A stretch of 64,000 nucleotides of DNA from an uncultured Actinomycetes bacterium (GCA_963727185.1 CAVSFP010000006.1:259135-323134), one strand, 5' to 3'; positions 1 to 9,164 are shown, numbered from the stretch's first letter. Notes: generated by a model from the letters alone, not told the origin. Program-made: numbers and translations.

Positions 1-772
1 CCGGGCGGCGGGGCGCTCGCTGGCCGAGCACCTCGGCGCCGGGACGGACCGGGTGGCCTGCGGCGTGTCGGTCGGCATCGCCGACACGACCGAGCAGCTC
101 CTGCAACAGGTGGACGGCTACCTGGCGGAGGGATACCGGCGCATCAAGCTGAAGATCGAACCGGGCACCGACGTGGAACGGGTGGGCGCGGTCCGGTCCG
201 CGCACCCCGACATCGCGCTCTCCGTCGACGCGAACGCCGCGTACACGCTCGCCGATGTCGATGTCTTCCGGGCGCTCGATGGGTTCGACCTGCTCATGAT
301 CGAACAACCCCTGCACCAGGACGACCTGGTGGAACACGCGAAGCTGCAGGCGCAGATCCGGACCGACATCTGCCTGGACGAGTCGATCCGATCGGCCGCC
401 GACACCGCCGCAGCGATCGAGCTGGGTGCCTGCCGCATCGTGAACATCAAGCAGGGTCGCGTGGGAGGGGTGCTCGAAGCCGTGCGCATCCACGATGTCG
501 CCCGCTCCGCCGGCGTTCCGGTCTGGTGCGGCGGCATGCTCGAGACAGGGATCGGGCGGGCGACCAACCTCGCGCTGGCGTCGCTCCCGGGATTCACGCT
601 CCCCGGCGACACCAGCGCGTCGGCGCGATATTTCGCGGACGATGTGACCACGCCGTTCGTGATGGCGCCCGACGGCTCGATGGAGGTGCCACGGGGGGCG
701 GGCATCGGTGTGACGCCGCGGCCGGATCGCCTCGCGGCCACGACGCTGCGCGTAGAGCTGCTATCGCCGTAG
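1..772 (+). CDS. o-succinylbenzoate synthase / N-acylamino-acid racemase family enzyme (enolase superfamily); 5' end outside window
   Basis: The frame of track ORF 53..772 stays open to the window edge. Blocks KLKIEPG, SVDANAAY, LLMIEQPL, CLDESI, VNIKQGRVGG and WCGGMLETGIGR are typical of the MR/MLE (OSBS/NAAAR) subgroup. Confidence 0.85.
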   Translation, partial: RAAGRSLAEHLGAGTDRVACGVSVGIADTTEQLLQQVDGYLAEGYRRIKLKIEPGTDVERVGAVRSAHPDIALSVDANAAYTLADVDVFRALDGFDLLMIEQPLHQDDLVEHAKLQAQIRTDICLDESIRSAADTAAAIELGACRIVNIKQGRVGGVLEAVRIHDVARSAGVPVWCGGMLETGIGRATNLALASLPGFTLPGDTSASARYFADDVTTPFVMAPDGSMEVPRGAGIGVTPRPDRLAATTLRVELLSP

Positions 773-862
773 CGCGTTTCATATCGGCGCGCTGCTTGAG
801 CCGAGCCCCCGGGCAGGCGACGATAGGCGCAACGCCGCGAGTTCGCCGCGGCGTCCTCACTC

Positions 863-1423
863 ATGAAGAAACGTGTGGTGCGCGCCGAGGAGTTCGAGGT
901 CGTTGACGCGGCCGGCAACGTCCGTCTGCGTATCGGCCTGTCGGCCGACGAATCCCCGTTCTTCTCGATGCTCGATCCTGGCGGACAGGTGCGCGCCCGG
1001 TTCGGGCTCTCGGCCGACGGCTCCGCCGGGCTCGCGATCGGCGACGACAACGGCAAGGTCCGTGCGACGCTCGGTCTGTCCTCCGACGGCTCCGCCAGCC
1101 TCGCGTTCGGCGACAAGAATGGCCGGATCCGTGCGAAGTTCGGTCTGGCGCCCGAGGCGTCTCCCACGCTCGGTATGCAGGTCCGCAGCGGCGAGCTCCA
1201 CCAGGTCTACAGCCTGGCCGAGCAAGGGTCCCCGACGATGGGTCTCTATGACCGGTCCGGCAAGGTCCGTGTGAGGCTCGGCCTGGCCGCAGAGGGTTCG
1301 CCGGTGTTGCGCTTGCTCGACAAGGAGGGCGAGCTCCGCGCGGTCGTCGGTCTGGCGGGCGACGGCAGCCCGTTCATCCAGTTCATGGACGAGCAGAAGG
1401 CACCGACCTGGACCATGCGATGA
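863..1423 (+). CDS. hypothetical protein made of about 7.5 tandem 23-aa repeats
   Basis: Track ORF with ATG at 863. Repeats are visible in the translation (DAAGNVRLRIGLSADESPF / DPGGQVRARFGLSADGSAG / DDNGKVRATLGLSSDGSAS ...). The stop overlaps the next start (ATGA at 1420-1423). No signal peptide and no recognised family. Confidence 0.65.
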   Translation: MKKRVVRAEEFEVVDAAGNVRLRIGLSADESPFFSMLDPGGQVRARFGLSADGSAGLAIGDDNGKVRATLGLSSDGSASLAFGDKNGRIRAKFGLAPEASPTLGMQVRSGELHQVYSLAEQGSPTMGLYDRSGKVRVRLGLAAEGSPVLRLLDKEGELRAVVGLAGDGSPFIQFMDEQKAPTWTMR

Positions 1424-1928
1424 ACGGCTGGTGGGCGACGGCGTTCATCGCGCAGTGGCTGCTGGTGCTCGTGCTCGCCGCGGTCGTCGTGGCGCTCGCG
1501 CGGCAGGTCGGGACGCTCCATCTCCGGCTGGGCCCGCGCGGCGCGCTCGAGATCGATGCCGAGGGCCCCGCGGTCGGTGAAGCTCCCCCGCCCTGCCGGC
1601 GACGGCGGACGACGGCCATCGTGTGTTGGTAGGCGGTCCCGGGCCGCCGCGGTTGGTGCTCTTCTCGTCGCCGACCTGTTCGATCTGCACTGAGGTCGCT
1701 CCGGGGATCGGAGCGGCCGCGTCCGCGGCGGGTCTTGCGCCGATGATCCTGCACGACCCCGACCTCGAACGGACCTACGACGTCCCGGGAACGCCGTTCC
1801 TGCTCGTCATGGACGAGCTCGGAACGGTCCGTGCCAAAGGCACGGTCAACAACCTCGAGCAGGTCGAAGGGCTGGTCGATGTGGCGCTCCGCCGGATGGG
1901 GGAGGTGGCGGAGCGACGGGCCAGCTGA
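1420..1928 (+). pseudogene. MauD-like membrane-anchored thioredoxin-fold protein (CSIC motif), split by one frameshift near 1591-1597
   Basis: Track ORF 1420..1632 gives an N-terminal TM helix then LHLRLGPRGALEIDAEGPAVGEAPPP. Track ORF 1623..1928 gives LVLFSSPTCSICTEV and a thioredoxin-like remainder. They join into one MauD-type protein (..APPPLPATADDGHRVLVGG..) if one base is restored in the C-run. Confidence 0.7.
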
Positions 1929-1942
1929 CCCCCATCGAACGC

Positions 1943-2455
1943 GTGGGGCGCGGGATCGCCTCACGGACCAGCAGACGCGGGTTCCTCGGCAAGCTCGGAC
2001 GAGGGGTGGTGGCGCTGGCGGGCGGCGGCCTGGTCGCGACCGCGCTCGCGCCCGAGCGAGCGTCGGCGTACACGGATATCTGCGGGCACACGTACACGAC
2101 GGGCGAGTGCCCGCACCCGTTCGGCAAGTTCGCCCGGACCGACGCGTTCGGGTATCCGGTGCAGCCGAAGTACGGGTACCCCGTCGATGACGACGGGGAG
2201 ATCTACACGGACCCCGCGACGCAGATACGGCGCAAGGTCTGTGAGCAACGGGTGCCGGATACGTACCACTTCGTCAAGGATCCGCACTACGGCGGCGGCT
2301 GGACGCGATGCTGCAACGGTCGCCTGCGCCACATCCAGGACTGCTGTTCGGCGTCGCGCATCCGGATCAACGGGGACGCGTCGCTGACCGGCTATTGCCC
2401 GACCGGGCTCCGCGTCTTCTGCATCACCTACCGGGAACTCGAGGCGTCGTGCTAG
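1943..2455 (+). CDS. methylamine/aromatic-amine dehydrogenase light-chain (MauA)-like Cys-rich protein with twin-arginine signal
   Basis: Track ORF with GTG at 1943. SRRGFLGKLG Tat motif and an ASA cleavage-like site. Ten Cys in the mature part. GGGWTRCC and HIQDCC resemble the Trp-quinone and DCC blocks of MauA (compared from memory). Confidence 0.72.
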   Translation: MGRGIASRTSRRGFLGKLGRGVVALAGGGLVATALAPERASAYTDICGHTYTTGECPHPFGKFARTDAFGYPVQPKYGYPVDDDGEIYTDPATQIRRKVCEQRVPDTYHFVKDPHYGGGWTRCCNGRLRHIQDCCSASRIRINGDASLTGYCPTGLRVFCITYRELEASC

Positions 2456-2535
2456 ACGGTAGGTTGTCGACGGCGCTCGTGGTGGCGTCGGCGATCGCCG
2501 GCTGGTCCGCGCTCCACGGTCCCTGAGGCCTGTCG

Positions 2536-3660
2536 ATGGTGGAGACCATCTCCCCCGTGGTCCACGGGGGGCGCGCGCGCTGGCTGGGAACGCTCGCACT
2601 GCACACGATCGGTGCGACGGGTACCGCCGCGTTGTTCGGCGCGACCCTCGGCTGGATCGGGCAGGCGCTGGGCGCACCGTGGCAGCGTCCGGGGCTGCTC
2701 GCGCTCGCAACGATCTCGGCGATCTACGCGATCGGCGTCCTGACACGGTTCAGCGTGCCGGTCCCGCAACTCCGCCGGCAGGTTCCGGACTGGTGGCGCA
2801 CCTACTTCGGCAGATCGTTCGCGGCCTTGTTGTACGGCGCCGGTCTCGGGATCGGGTTCCTGACCTACGTGTCGTACGGCACGCTCGTGGTGGTCGCCTT
2901 CGCCGCGGTGGCGAGCGGACGCCCCGCGGTGGGCGCGCTCGTCATGGCGCCGTTCGGGTTGGCGCGCGGCCTGTCGGCGGTCGTCTCGTGGCGATCGATC
3001 GACCAGGAACGGAGCCGGGCGCTCGTGGACCGCTTGGTCGCGGCAGGCGACGCACCTCGGCGCATCGTGAACGGCGTCGCGCTCGTCGCGATCGCGATCG
3101 CGGCCGGCGTGGCATCGGTCCGGGTCGGCGCCGGGTCGTGGGGGAGCGCCGCGGCCGCCGCGCTCGCCGCGGTGTTCGTGTGGGCGGCGGCGTCCAAGGT
3201 GGTGGGTGCCCGTCGATGGCGCCGCGCGCTTCCCGCCTACGGCCTGCCCCCCGCGCTCGAGCGCACGGCCGCGTGGGCGGTCCCGGTGGCGGAGTCGATG
3301 GTGGTGGCCCTCATCGTTGCCGGCCTGCCCCGTGCGGCGGCCGTGTGGTCGGGCGTCCTCCTCGTGCTGTTCTCCGGCGCTCTGGTCCGCGCGGGTCGGA
3401 GGGTGGGAGGTCGCGTTCCATGCGGCTGCCTCGGGGGGAGCGGCGACATCGACGTGAGCGCCGCGCTGGCTCGGAACCTGGCGTTGCTCCTGGTTGCGGT
3501 GTTCGTGTTCGGGAGCGCCTCTGACTCGCCGTCGATCGCGTGGCCGGGCGCGCCGGGCGCGGCGGACGTGTTGCCGATGCTGCTCGCGCTCGGCGCGCTC
3601 ACGGCGTCCGCACTCGTCGTGTGGCGTGCCTCCGTCTGGCTCGCACGAGGGAACGCGTGA
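2536..3660 (+). CDS. polytopic membrane protein with C-terminal MauE/DoxX-like domain and an extra N-terminal multi-TM module
   Basis: Track ORF with many hydrophobic helices. The C-terminal ~150 aa (FVWAAASKV...VPCGCLGGSG...ARNLALLLVAVFVF) look like MauE. The N-terminal half is unassigned (possibly MauF/DsbD_2-like; inference only). Confidence 0.7.
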   Translation: MVETISPVVHGGRARWLGTLALHTIGATGTAALFGATLGWIGQALGAPWQRPGLLALATISAIYAIGVLTRFSVPVPQLRRQVPDWWRTYFGRSFAALLYGAGLGIGFLTYVSYGTLVVVAFAAVASGRPAVGALVMAPFGLARGLSAVVSWRSIDQERSRALVDRLVAAGDAPRRIVNGVALVAIAIAAGVASVRVGAGSWGSAAAAALAAVFVWAAASKVVGARRWRRALPAYGLPPALERTAAWAVPVAESMVVALIVAGLPRAAAVWSGVLLVLFSGALVRAGRRVGGRVPCGCLGGSGDIDVSAALARNLALLLVAVFVFGSASDSPSIAWPGAPGAADVLPMLLALGALTASALVVWRASVWLARGNA

Positions 3661-4307
3661 GCGGCACCGGGGTACGGGTGCGTCGGCTCCTGCCGTTCGC
3701 CGCGGCGGTCCTCACGGTGACGGTGGTGACGGTGGTCGCGCTCGCCGCCGGCCCGTCGTCGCGGGCGCAGGTGCAGGATCCGAACGACACCCGCGGGTTG
3801 TTGGACGTGCGTCGGGTGTGGTTCGAACCCGAGATCCACCCGCCGCGCTGGACCGTCGTGACGTACCAGCCGTTCACGGCGGAGCAGACCCGCGATCGGG
3901 GGTACGTGTTCGTGTATCTGGACACGTTCGGTGACGAGGGGTTCGACTACTACGCGTTGATCCTGTCCAATGGCCGTCGCCTCTCGGGTTCGCTCTGGCG
4001 CGAGCCGAAGCGGGGGCCCGACGTGCGGCTCATGGGTCTGGATGTGCGCCACGATTCCGACACCGAGGTGTCGGTGCGGATCCCGTTCGGGCAGCTCGAT
4101 GTCGGCGCGTTCCGGACGGTGTATCGGTGGTCGGTCGTTACCACGTTCACCGGACGGAACTGCCGTGCCACGTGCATCGACCGCGTTCCCGACGATGGCA
4201 CGTTCGAGCAACCGATCGGATCGCTCACGCCGACCCCCACGACATCGCCGACCGCGACGCCGACGCCGACGCTCACTCCATCACCGAGCGTCGCGACGCC
4301 GCGCTGA
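3657..4307 (+). CDS. secreted or anchored hypothetical protein with Pro/Thr-rich C-terminal tail
   Basis: In-frame GTG at 3657 overlaps the previous stop (GTGA). RRLLPFAAAVLTVTVVTVVALAAG is signal-like. The tail is TPTPTTSPTATPTPTLTPSPS. The track start at 3540 lies inside the upstream gene. Confidence 0.6.
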   Translation: MSGTGVRVRRLLPFAAAVLTVTVVTVVALAAGPSSRAQVQDPNDTRGLLDVRRVWFEPEIHPPRWTVVTYQPFTAEQTRDRGYVFVYLDTFGDEGFDYYALILSNGRRLSGSLWREPKRGPDVRLMGLDVRHDSDTEVSVRIPFGQLDVGAFRTVYRWSVVTTFTGRNCRATCIDRVPDDGTFEQPIGSLTPTPTTSPTATPTPTLTPSPSVATPR

Positions 4308-4313
4308 ACGGGA

Positions 4314-5327
4314 TCAGGACCGGAGCCAGTACCCGACCGGGAACGGCCGGACCTTCGTGTGCTCGGAGATGAAGCCCCAGATCCCTCGCGGCAACCAGAT
4401 CGCCACCAGGATGGCGACGCCTCCCAGGATCATCAGGTACCAGGCTCCGTACTGCGCCAGCGTCTGTTGCAGCGCGAAGAACAGCACGGCGCCGATGATC
4501 GGCCCCTCGATCGAGCCGATCCCGCCGATCACGGTGACGAAGATCATCTGCGCCGACCACTCGACGCTGAACACCGACGCCGGCTGGACATTCAGCTGGC
4601 TGATCGCCAGCAACGCGCCTCCCGCGCCGCACCCGGCCGCGGCCGCGAGGTACACCAGCCGTTTCGCGCCCAAGACCTTGGCGCCGAGGCTCCGCGCGCC
4701 GACCTCGTTGTCGCGCACAGCCGTGAGCACCAGTCCGAGCCTGCTCCGCAGCAGCAGGTACGTGGCCGCGAGCACGATGACCGCAACGGCGAGCGCGGCC
4801 CAATACGTGTATGCCGTGAGCAAGGTCGGGTCGACGCCGGACAGTCCCGCGACGCCCGCTCCGGTCCCGCCTCCCAGGGTCGACGAGCGGCTCACGATCA
4901 GCTGGCACGTATCGGCCACGACCCAGGTCGCGATCGCGAAGTAACCCCCGCGGAGCCGCAGGACCAGGAGCGAGATCGGGAACGCGAGGACGGCGCAGCC
5001 AACCGCGGCGAACGGGATCGCGACGAACGGGCTGACGCCGTGGAGGGCCAGGAACAACACGATGTAGGCCCCCATCCCGATGAACGCTTGCTGTCCCACT
5101 GAGACCAATCCCGCGTAGCCCGCCAGCAGGTTCCACATGCTCGCGAGCGTGAGCAGGATGAACAGGTTGACCAGCGTATCCGTCGTCCCCGAGTACACCG
5201 CGTACGGCAGGTAGGCGAGCACACCTACGACGGCCACACTCGTGAGCGCGGTCCAGCGCATCGGCGCCCTCGACCTGGTGACCCGAACGGTGGCTCCCGG
5301 TTCGGATGGAACGCTCCTCGCGCTCAC
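4314..5327 (-). CDS. livM: branched-chain amino acid (HAAT family) ABC transporter permease, LivM type
   Basis: Track ORF. GTG at 5327 overlaps the livH stop (GTGA). Polytopic, with GQQAFIGMGAY and RDNEVGARSLG blocks. Confidence 0.85.
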   Translation of the reverse strand: MSARSVPSEPGATVRVTRSRAPMRWTALTSVAVVGVLAYLPYAVYSGTTDTLVNLFILLTLASMWNLLAGYAGLVSVGQQAFIGMGAYIVLFLALHGVSPFVAIPFAAVGCAVLAFPISLLVLRLRGGYFAIATWVVADTCQLIVSRSSTLGGGTGAGVAGLSGVDPTLLTAYTYWAALAVAVIVLAATYLLLRSRLGLVLTAVRDNEVGARSLGAKVLGAKRLVYLAAAAGCGAGGALLAISQLNVQPASVFSVEWSAQMIFVTVIGGIGSIEGPIIGAVLFFALQQTLAQYGAWYLMILGGVAILVAIWLPRGIWGFISEHTKVRPFPVGYWLRS

Positions 5328-6172
5328 GCTTCGACGCGCCCCCCGGTGATGCCTTCGGGTCGGACGGCCAGCACGACGAGGAACACCGCATTCCCGGCCA
5401 GGACCTGCAGGCTGGGATCGATGTGCGCGCCGATCGCCTGGGCGACGCCCAGGATGATGCCTCCCAGGAGGGTTCCCCAGAGCGAACCGAGCCCGCCGAT
5501 CACGACGGCCTCGAACGCGAAGAGGAGCCGGCTCGAGCCCGAGCTGGGGTTGAAGGACGAGTACGTCCCGAACGCGAGCCCCGCCAGCGCCACGGTCGCG
5601 AACGCGATCGACGCGGCGATCCCGAAGATGTGGCGATAGTCGATGCCTACGAGCCTCGCGGCTTCCGGATCATCGGCGACCGCGCGGATCATGTGTCCCG
5701 TTCGTGTCCTGGACAGGAAGTACTGCAGGCCGAGGAGGACGACCACGGCGAGGACGAAGATGGCGATCGACAGGTAGGCCACCTGGATCTGGTCCGTGAT
5801 GTGGATCGACGCGGTTCCGAGCGAACCGATGTCCAGCGAGTGGCTGTCCGCCGAGAACGCCTGGAGCAAGAGGTTCTCGATGACGATCGCCACCCCGAAC
5901 GTGACGAGGAGGGTCGTGAGCGGGCCGCGGTCGAGGCTCGCCTGGATCAGCGTTCGCTGCCCGACGTACCCCAGGACCAGGAACAGCGGCAGGACGAACA
6001 GGAACGACCAGACGATCGGGATGTGGAACACGGGCGCCAGCTCCACGGCGAGGAACGCCGCGACGACCGCCAGGTCGCCGTGGGCCAGGTTGATCACCTT
6101 CATCGTGCCGAACAAGAGCGAGAGGCCGCACGCGAACAGGGCGAAGAGCCCACCGACGAGGATCCCTTGCAC
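5324..6172 (-). CDS. livH: HAAT family ABC transporter permease, LivH type
   Basis: Track ORF with INLAHGDL and VIGGLGSLWG blocks typical of LivH. Confidence 0.88.
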   Translation of the reverse strand: MQGILVGGLFALFACGLSLLFGTMKVINLAHGDLAVVAAFLAVELAPVFHIPIVWSFLFVLPLFLVLGYVGQRTLIQASLDRGPLTTLLVTFGVAIVIENLLLQAFSADSHSLDIGSLGTASIHITDQIQVAYLSIAIFVLAVVVLLGLQYFLSRTRTGHMIRAVADDPEAARLVGIDYRHIFGIAASIAFATVALAGLAFGTYSSFNPSSGSSRLLFAFEAVVIGGLGSLWGTLLGGIILGVAQAIGAHIDPSLQVLAGNAVFLVVLAVRPEGITGGRVEA

Positions 6173-6190
6173 GATCGCGTTCGATCCAGC

Positions 6191-6925
6191 TCACGACGCC
6201 GATCCCGTCGTGGACAGCCCGAAGTACGCCGCCTCGATCTCTTCGGGAGTGAACTGATCCGGCCGTCCCTCCAACGTGGTCCGTCCTTCGAGGAGGCACT
6301 GGATGCGAGAGGCGGCGCGAACCGCCTGACTGACGTCCTGCTCGACGAGCAACACGGTCATCCCGGCGCCCAGCAGCTCCGGTAGCAGCCCGTAGATCTG
6401 CCGGACCACGACGGGCGCCAAGCCCAGGGAGAGCTCGTCGAGGAGCAGAACGCGCGGGTTCGCCACGAGCGCGCGCCCGATCGCGACGGCCTGCTGCTCG
6501 CCTCCCGAGAGCTGCGCGGTGCGCTGGTGCGTGCGCTCGCGCATCCAGCCGAACAGTTGGTACACGCGCTCGAGGTCCCAGGGCCCGGGGCGGCTGTGGT
6601 ACGACCCCACGAGCAGGTTCTCCTCGACCGTGAGCGACGGGAACAGCCGGCGACCCTCCGGGACGAGCGCGATCCCGGCGACGAGGCGCCGTTCGGGCGT
6701 GACCGAGGTCACGTCGTCGCCGTCGAGCAGGACGGTTCCCTCGGTCGGCTGGTGCAGTCCGGCGATCGTACGGAGCAACGTGGACTTGCCGGCGCCGTTC
6801 GCGCCGATCATCGCGTAGACCTCACCGGCGTCGACGCGCAGGCTCACGTCGGTCAGCGCGCGGAGCTGTCCGTGGAACACCGTCAGGCCCCGCACTTCCA
6901 GGACGGGGCGTTGTGCGTCCGTCAT
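6191..6925 (-). CDS. livF: HAAT family ABC transporter ATP-binding protein, LivF type
   Basis: ATG at 6925 overlaps the livG stop (ATGA). Walker A GANGAGKST, signature LSGGEQQ, Walker B LLLDE. Confidence 0.88.
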   Translation of the reverse strand: MTDAQRPVLEVRGLTVFHGQLRALTDVSLRVDAGEVYAMIGANGAGKSTLLRTIAGLHQPTEGTVLLDGDDVTSVTPERRLVAGIALVPEGRRLFPSLTVEENLLVGSYHSRPGPWDLERVYQLFGWMRERTHQRTAQLSGGEQQAVAIGRALVANPRVLLLDELSLGLAPVVVRQIYGLLPELLGAGMTVLLVEQDVSQAVRAASRIQCLLEGRTTLEGRPDQFTPEEIEAAYFGLSTTGSAS

Positions 6926-7713
6926 CTGGTCGTCTCCGGTTCGGACCCGGGCCACTCGGCCTCCAGACCGGCTTCGGCCAGGGACTCAGCGGTGGCCTCC
7001 GTGCCCAGGAAGACCTCCTTGACCGCGGGGCTCGCGAGCACGTCGGCGGGGCTCCCATCGCCGACGAAGCGTCCTCCGGCCAGGCAGATCAGCCGATCCA
7101 CGGTCTCGACCAACGCGCGCACGACGTGTTCGATCCAGATCACCGCCGTGCCTCCCTCGCGCGCGCGCCGGACCACATCGACCAGTTCCACGACCTCAGG
7201 ATCCGTCAGCCCTCCCGCCACCTCGTCGAGCAGGAGGAGACGGGGGCGCGTCGCGAGCGCCCGGGCGAGCTCCAGTCGCTTGCGCTGCAAGAGCCCCAGC
7301 TGGCCGGACGGGCGGTTCGCATCGCTGCGAAGTCCGGTGTCGTCGAGCACGGACGCCGCCAGCTCGTAGCTGGCTCCTCCGCGTGATCCCGCTCCCTGCT
7401 GCGCGGCGAGGAGGACGTTCTCGAAGACCGTCATGTCTTCGAACGGCCGAGGGACCTGGTACGTCCGCCCGATGCCCAGGCGGCAGCGGAGCGCCGGGTC
7501 GAGCGGCGTGATCGTCGCGCCGTCGAACCGGATCTCACCCCGGTCGGGCGACAGGTCGCCGCCGATCACGCCGAAGAGGCTCGTCTTGCCCGCGCCGTTG
7601 GGGCCGACGATGCCGATCGCGTCGCCGGGTTGCACGACGAGCGTCAGGTCGTCGGCGATCGTGACCTGACCGAACCGTTTGGTGATGTGGTCGAGCTCGA
7701 GCAGTGCCCCCAC
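6922..7713 (-). CDS. livG: HAAT family ABC transporter ATP-binding protein, LivG type
   Basis: GTG at 7713 lies 2 nt after the binding-protein stop. Walker A GPNGAGKTS and LLLLDEVAGGL. The 7714-8016 part of the track ORF overlaps the upstream gene out of frame. Confidence 0.88.
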   Translation of the reverse strand: MGALLELDHITKRFGQVTIADDLTLVVQPGDAIGIVGPNGAGKTSLFGVIGGDLSPDRGEIRFDGATITPLDPALRCRLGIGRTYQVPRPFEDMTVFENVLLAAQQGAGSRGGASYELAASVLDDTGLRSDANRPSGQLGLLQRKRLELARALATRPRLLLLDEVAGGLTDPEVVELVDVVRRAREGGTAVIWIEHVVRALVETVDRLICLAGGRFVGDGSPADVLASPAVKEVFLGTEATAESLAEAGLEAEWPGSEPETTR

Positions 7714-7715
7714 GA

Positions 7716-9023
7716 TCAGGGGTTGGTGGCTACGAGGTCGCCCCCGATCGGCACGGACGCGTTGATGCTGTTGTCCACGACCACCATCTCCCAAGGGTAG
7801 TCCGTGCCCGGCTTCCACTGCACGCCGACGGGGTTCACGATGCCGATCCCCGGGAACGGCCCCTTGGTGAAGTCCAGCGGTCCGGACATCCCTTCGTAGC
7901 TGACCTTCTGGAGCTCGGCGGCGACCGCTTGCTTGTCGTGGGGATCGCTCGATGCGGTCAGCGCGACCTGCGCCACCTCGAACAACGAGTACGTCGATCC
8001 GAGCGTCTGCAGCCACTGGTTGCCGGAGTCGCTCTGGTACGCGTTGGCCAGATCCTGCGTGGTCTCACCCGTCAGCGACGAGGTGTACGGCATGGTCGGC
8101 CCCCACCACTGGTCGGTGGCGATGTTGTTCACCAGGTCGCCGAGCGCCTCGGTGTCCGCTGGGAACAGGAGCACCTTCGCCACGGTGGCGAGCTTCGGCT
8201 TGTAACCCTGCTGCGCCGCTTGCTTCCAGAACGTGTTGAAGTCCGGAGGGAGCGGGGCGTTGATGAACACCTGGCAGTCCTTGCTCTTGAACTTCGAGAT
8301 CATCGAGCTGTAGTCGGTCGTGCCGTCCGTGTACGCGCCGCCGTCCACCCACTGGTAGCCCGCGTCCTTGATGATCGCCGGCCACGCGTCGCGGAACGCG
8401 TTCCCGTCCGGGTCGTTCGGGAACATGCCGCCGACGACCTTGTTCGTGTCGATCCGGTTCCACATCGGCACGAAGCAGCCGCCGAACGCCTCGACCCCGA
8501 AGAAGTACATCGTCGTGAACTTGAACGGGACCGGGTTGGCCGGGTCGGCCTGCCGGCCGAAGAACCACGCCTGCCACGGCACGACCGTCGACACGCACGG
8601 CACCCCCTGCGTCTCGCACACGGTGGCGACGGGGTTGGTCGTCTCCGGCGTGGAGCTCGTGACGATGAGGTCGGCGTGGTCCTGCAGGATCAGCTCGCGG
8701 GCGACCTGCCGACGCGCGGTTCGGGTCAGACTGCTGTCCTTCACGAGGATGTCGACCGCTGTACGTCTTGCTGCCCGACCTTGAACCCTTCTTGTACGCG
8801 TCGGTCGCGCGGATCTGATCGACGACGAAGTTGTCGCCTGACGCGAATCCGGCGAGCGGCCGGTCTGGGGGCTCACGAAGCCGATCACGATCTTGTCGGT
8901 GCTCGACGTGCCCGGAGCCCTTGACCTTGGTTCGAGCACGCCTGCGAGGAGGCCGCCCGCGCCCACGGCGAGCGCGCCGACGCCCGAGCTCCCTTCAGCA
9001 GCGACCGCCGCGAGAGGGTCCAT
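7716..9023 (-). pseudogene. LivK-like periplasmic substrate-binding lipoprotein; N-terminal ~90 codons scrambled by several compensating 1-nt indels
   Basis: Track ORF 7716..9149, ATG at 9023. It reads cleanly from DILVKDSS to the C-terminus. Between ~8757 and ~9010 the sensible reading (LSRRSLLKG Tat motif, LLAGC lipobox, KIVIGFVSPQTGPLAGFASGDNFVVDQIRATDAYKKG) needs several single-base corrections that cancel out. Confidence 0.78.
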
Positions 9024-9164
9024 CGAGCAGCGGTGTCTCACGTTCCGGGCCGTTCTCCATCTTGACTCCCCCCTCGCCTCCGTGCGTTGGGCCGCGCCTC
9101 GCTGATGTTCGGCTAGCGCACATTCATGCGAGTAGCGAAACTCAAACATGCCGAGGTTCGGGCG

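Noticed and set aside
5306-8924. Plus-strand ORFs 5306..6385, 6527..7369 and 7704..8924
   Set aside because: They are antisense shadows of the liv genes.
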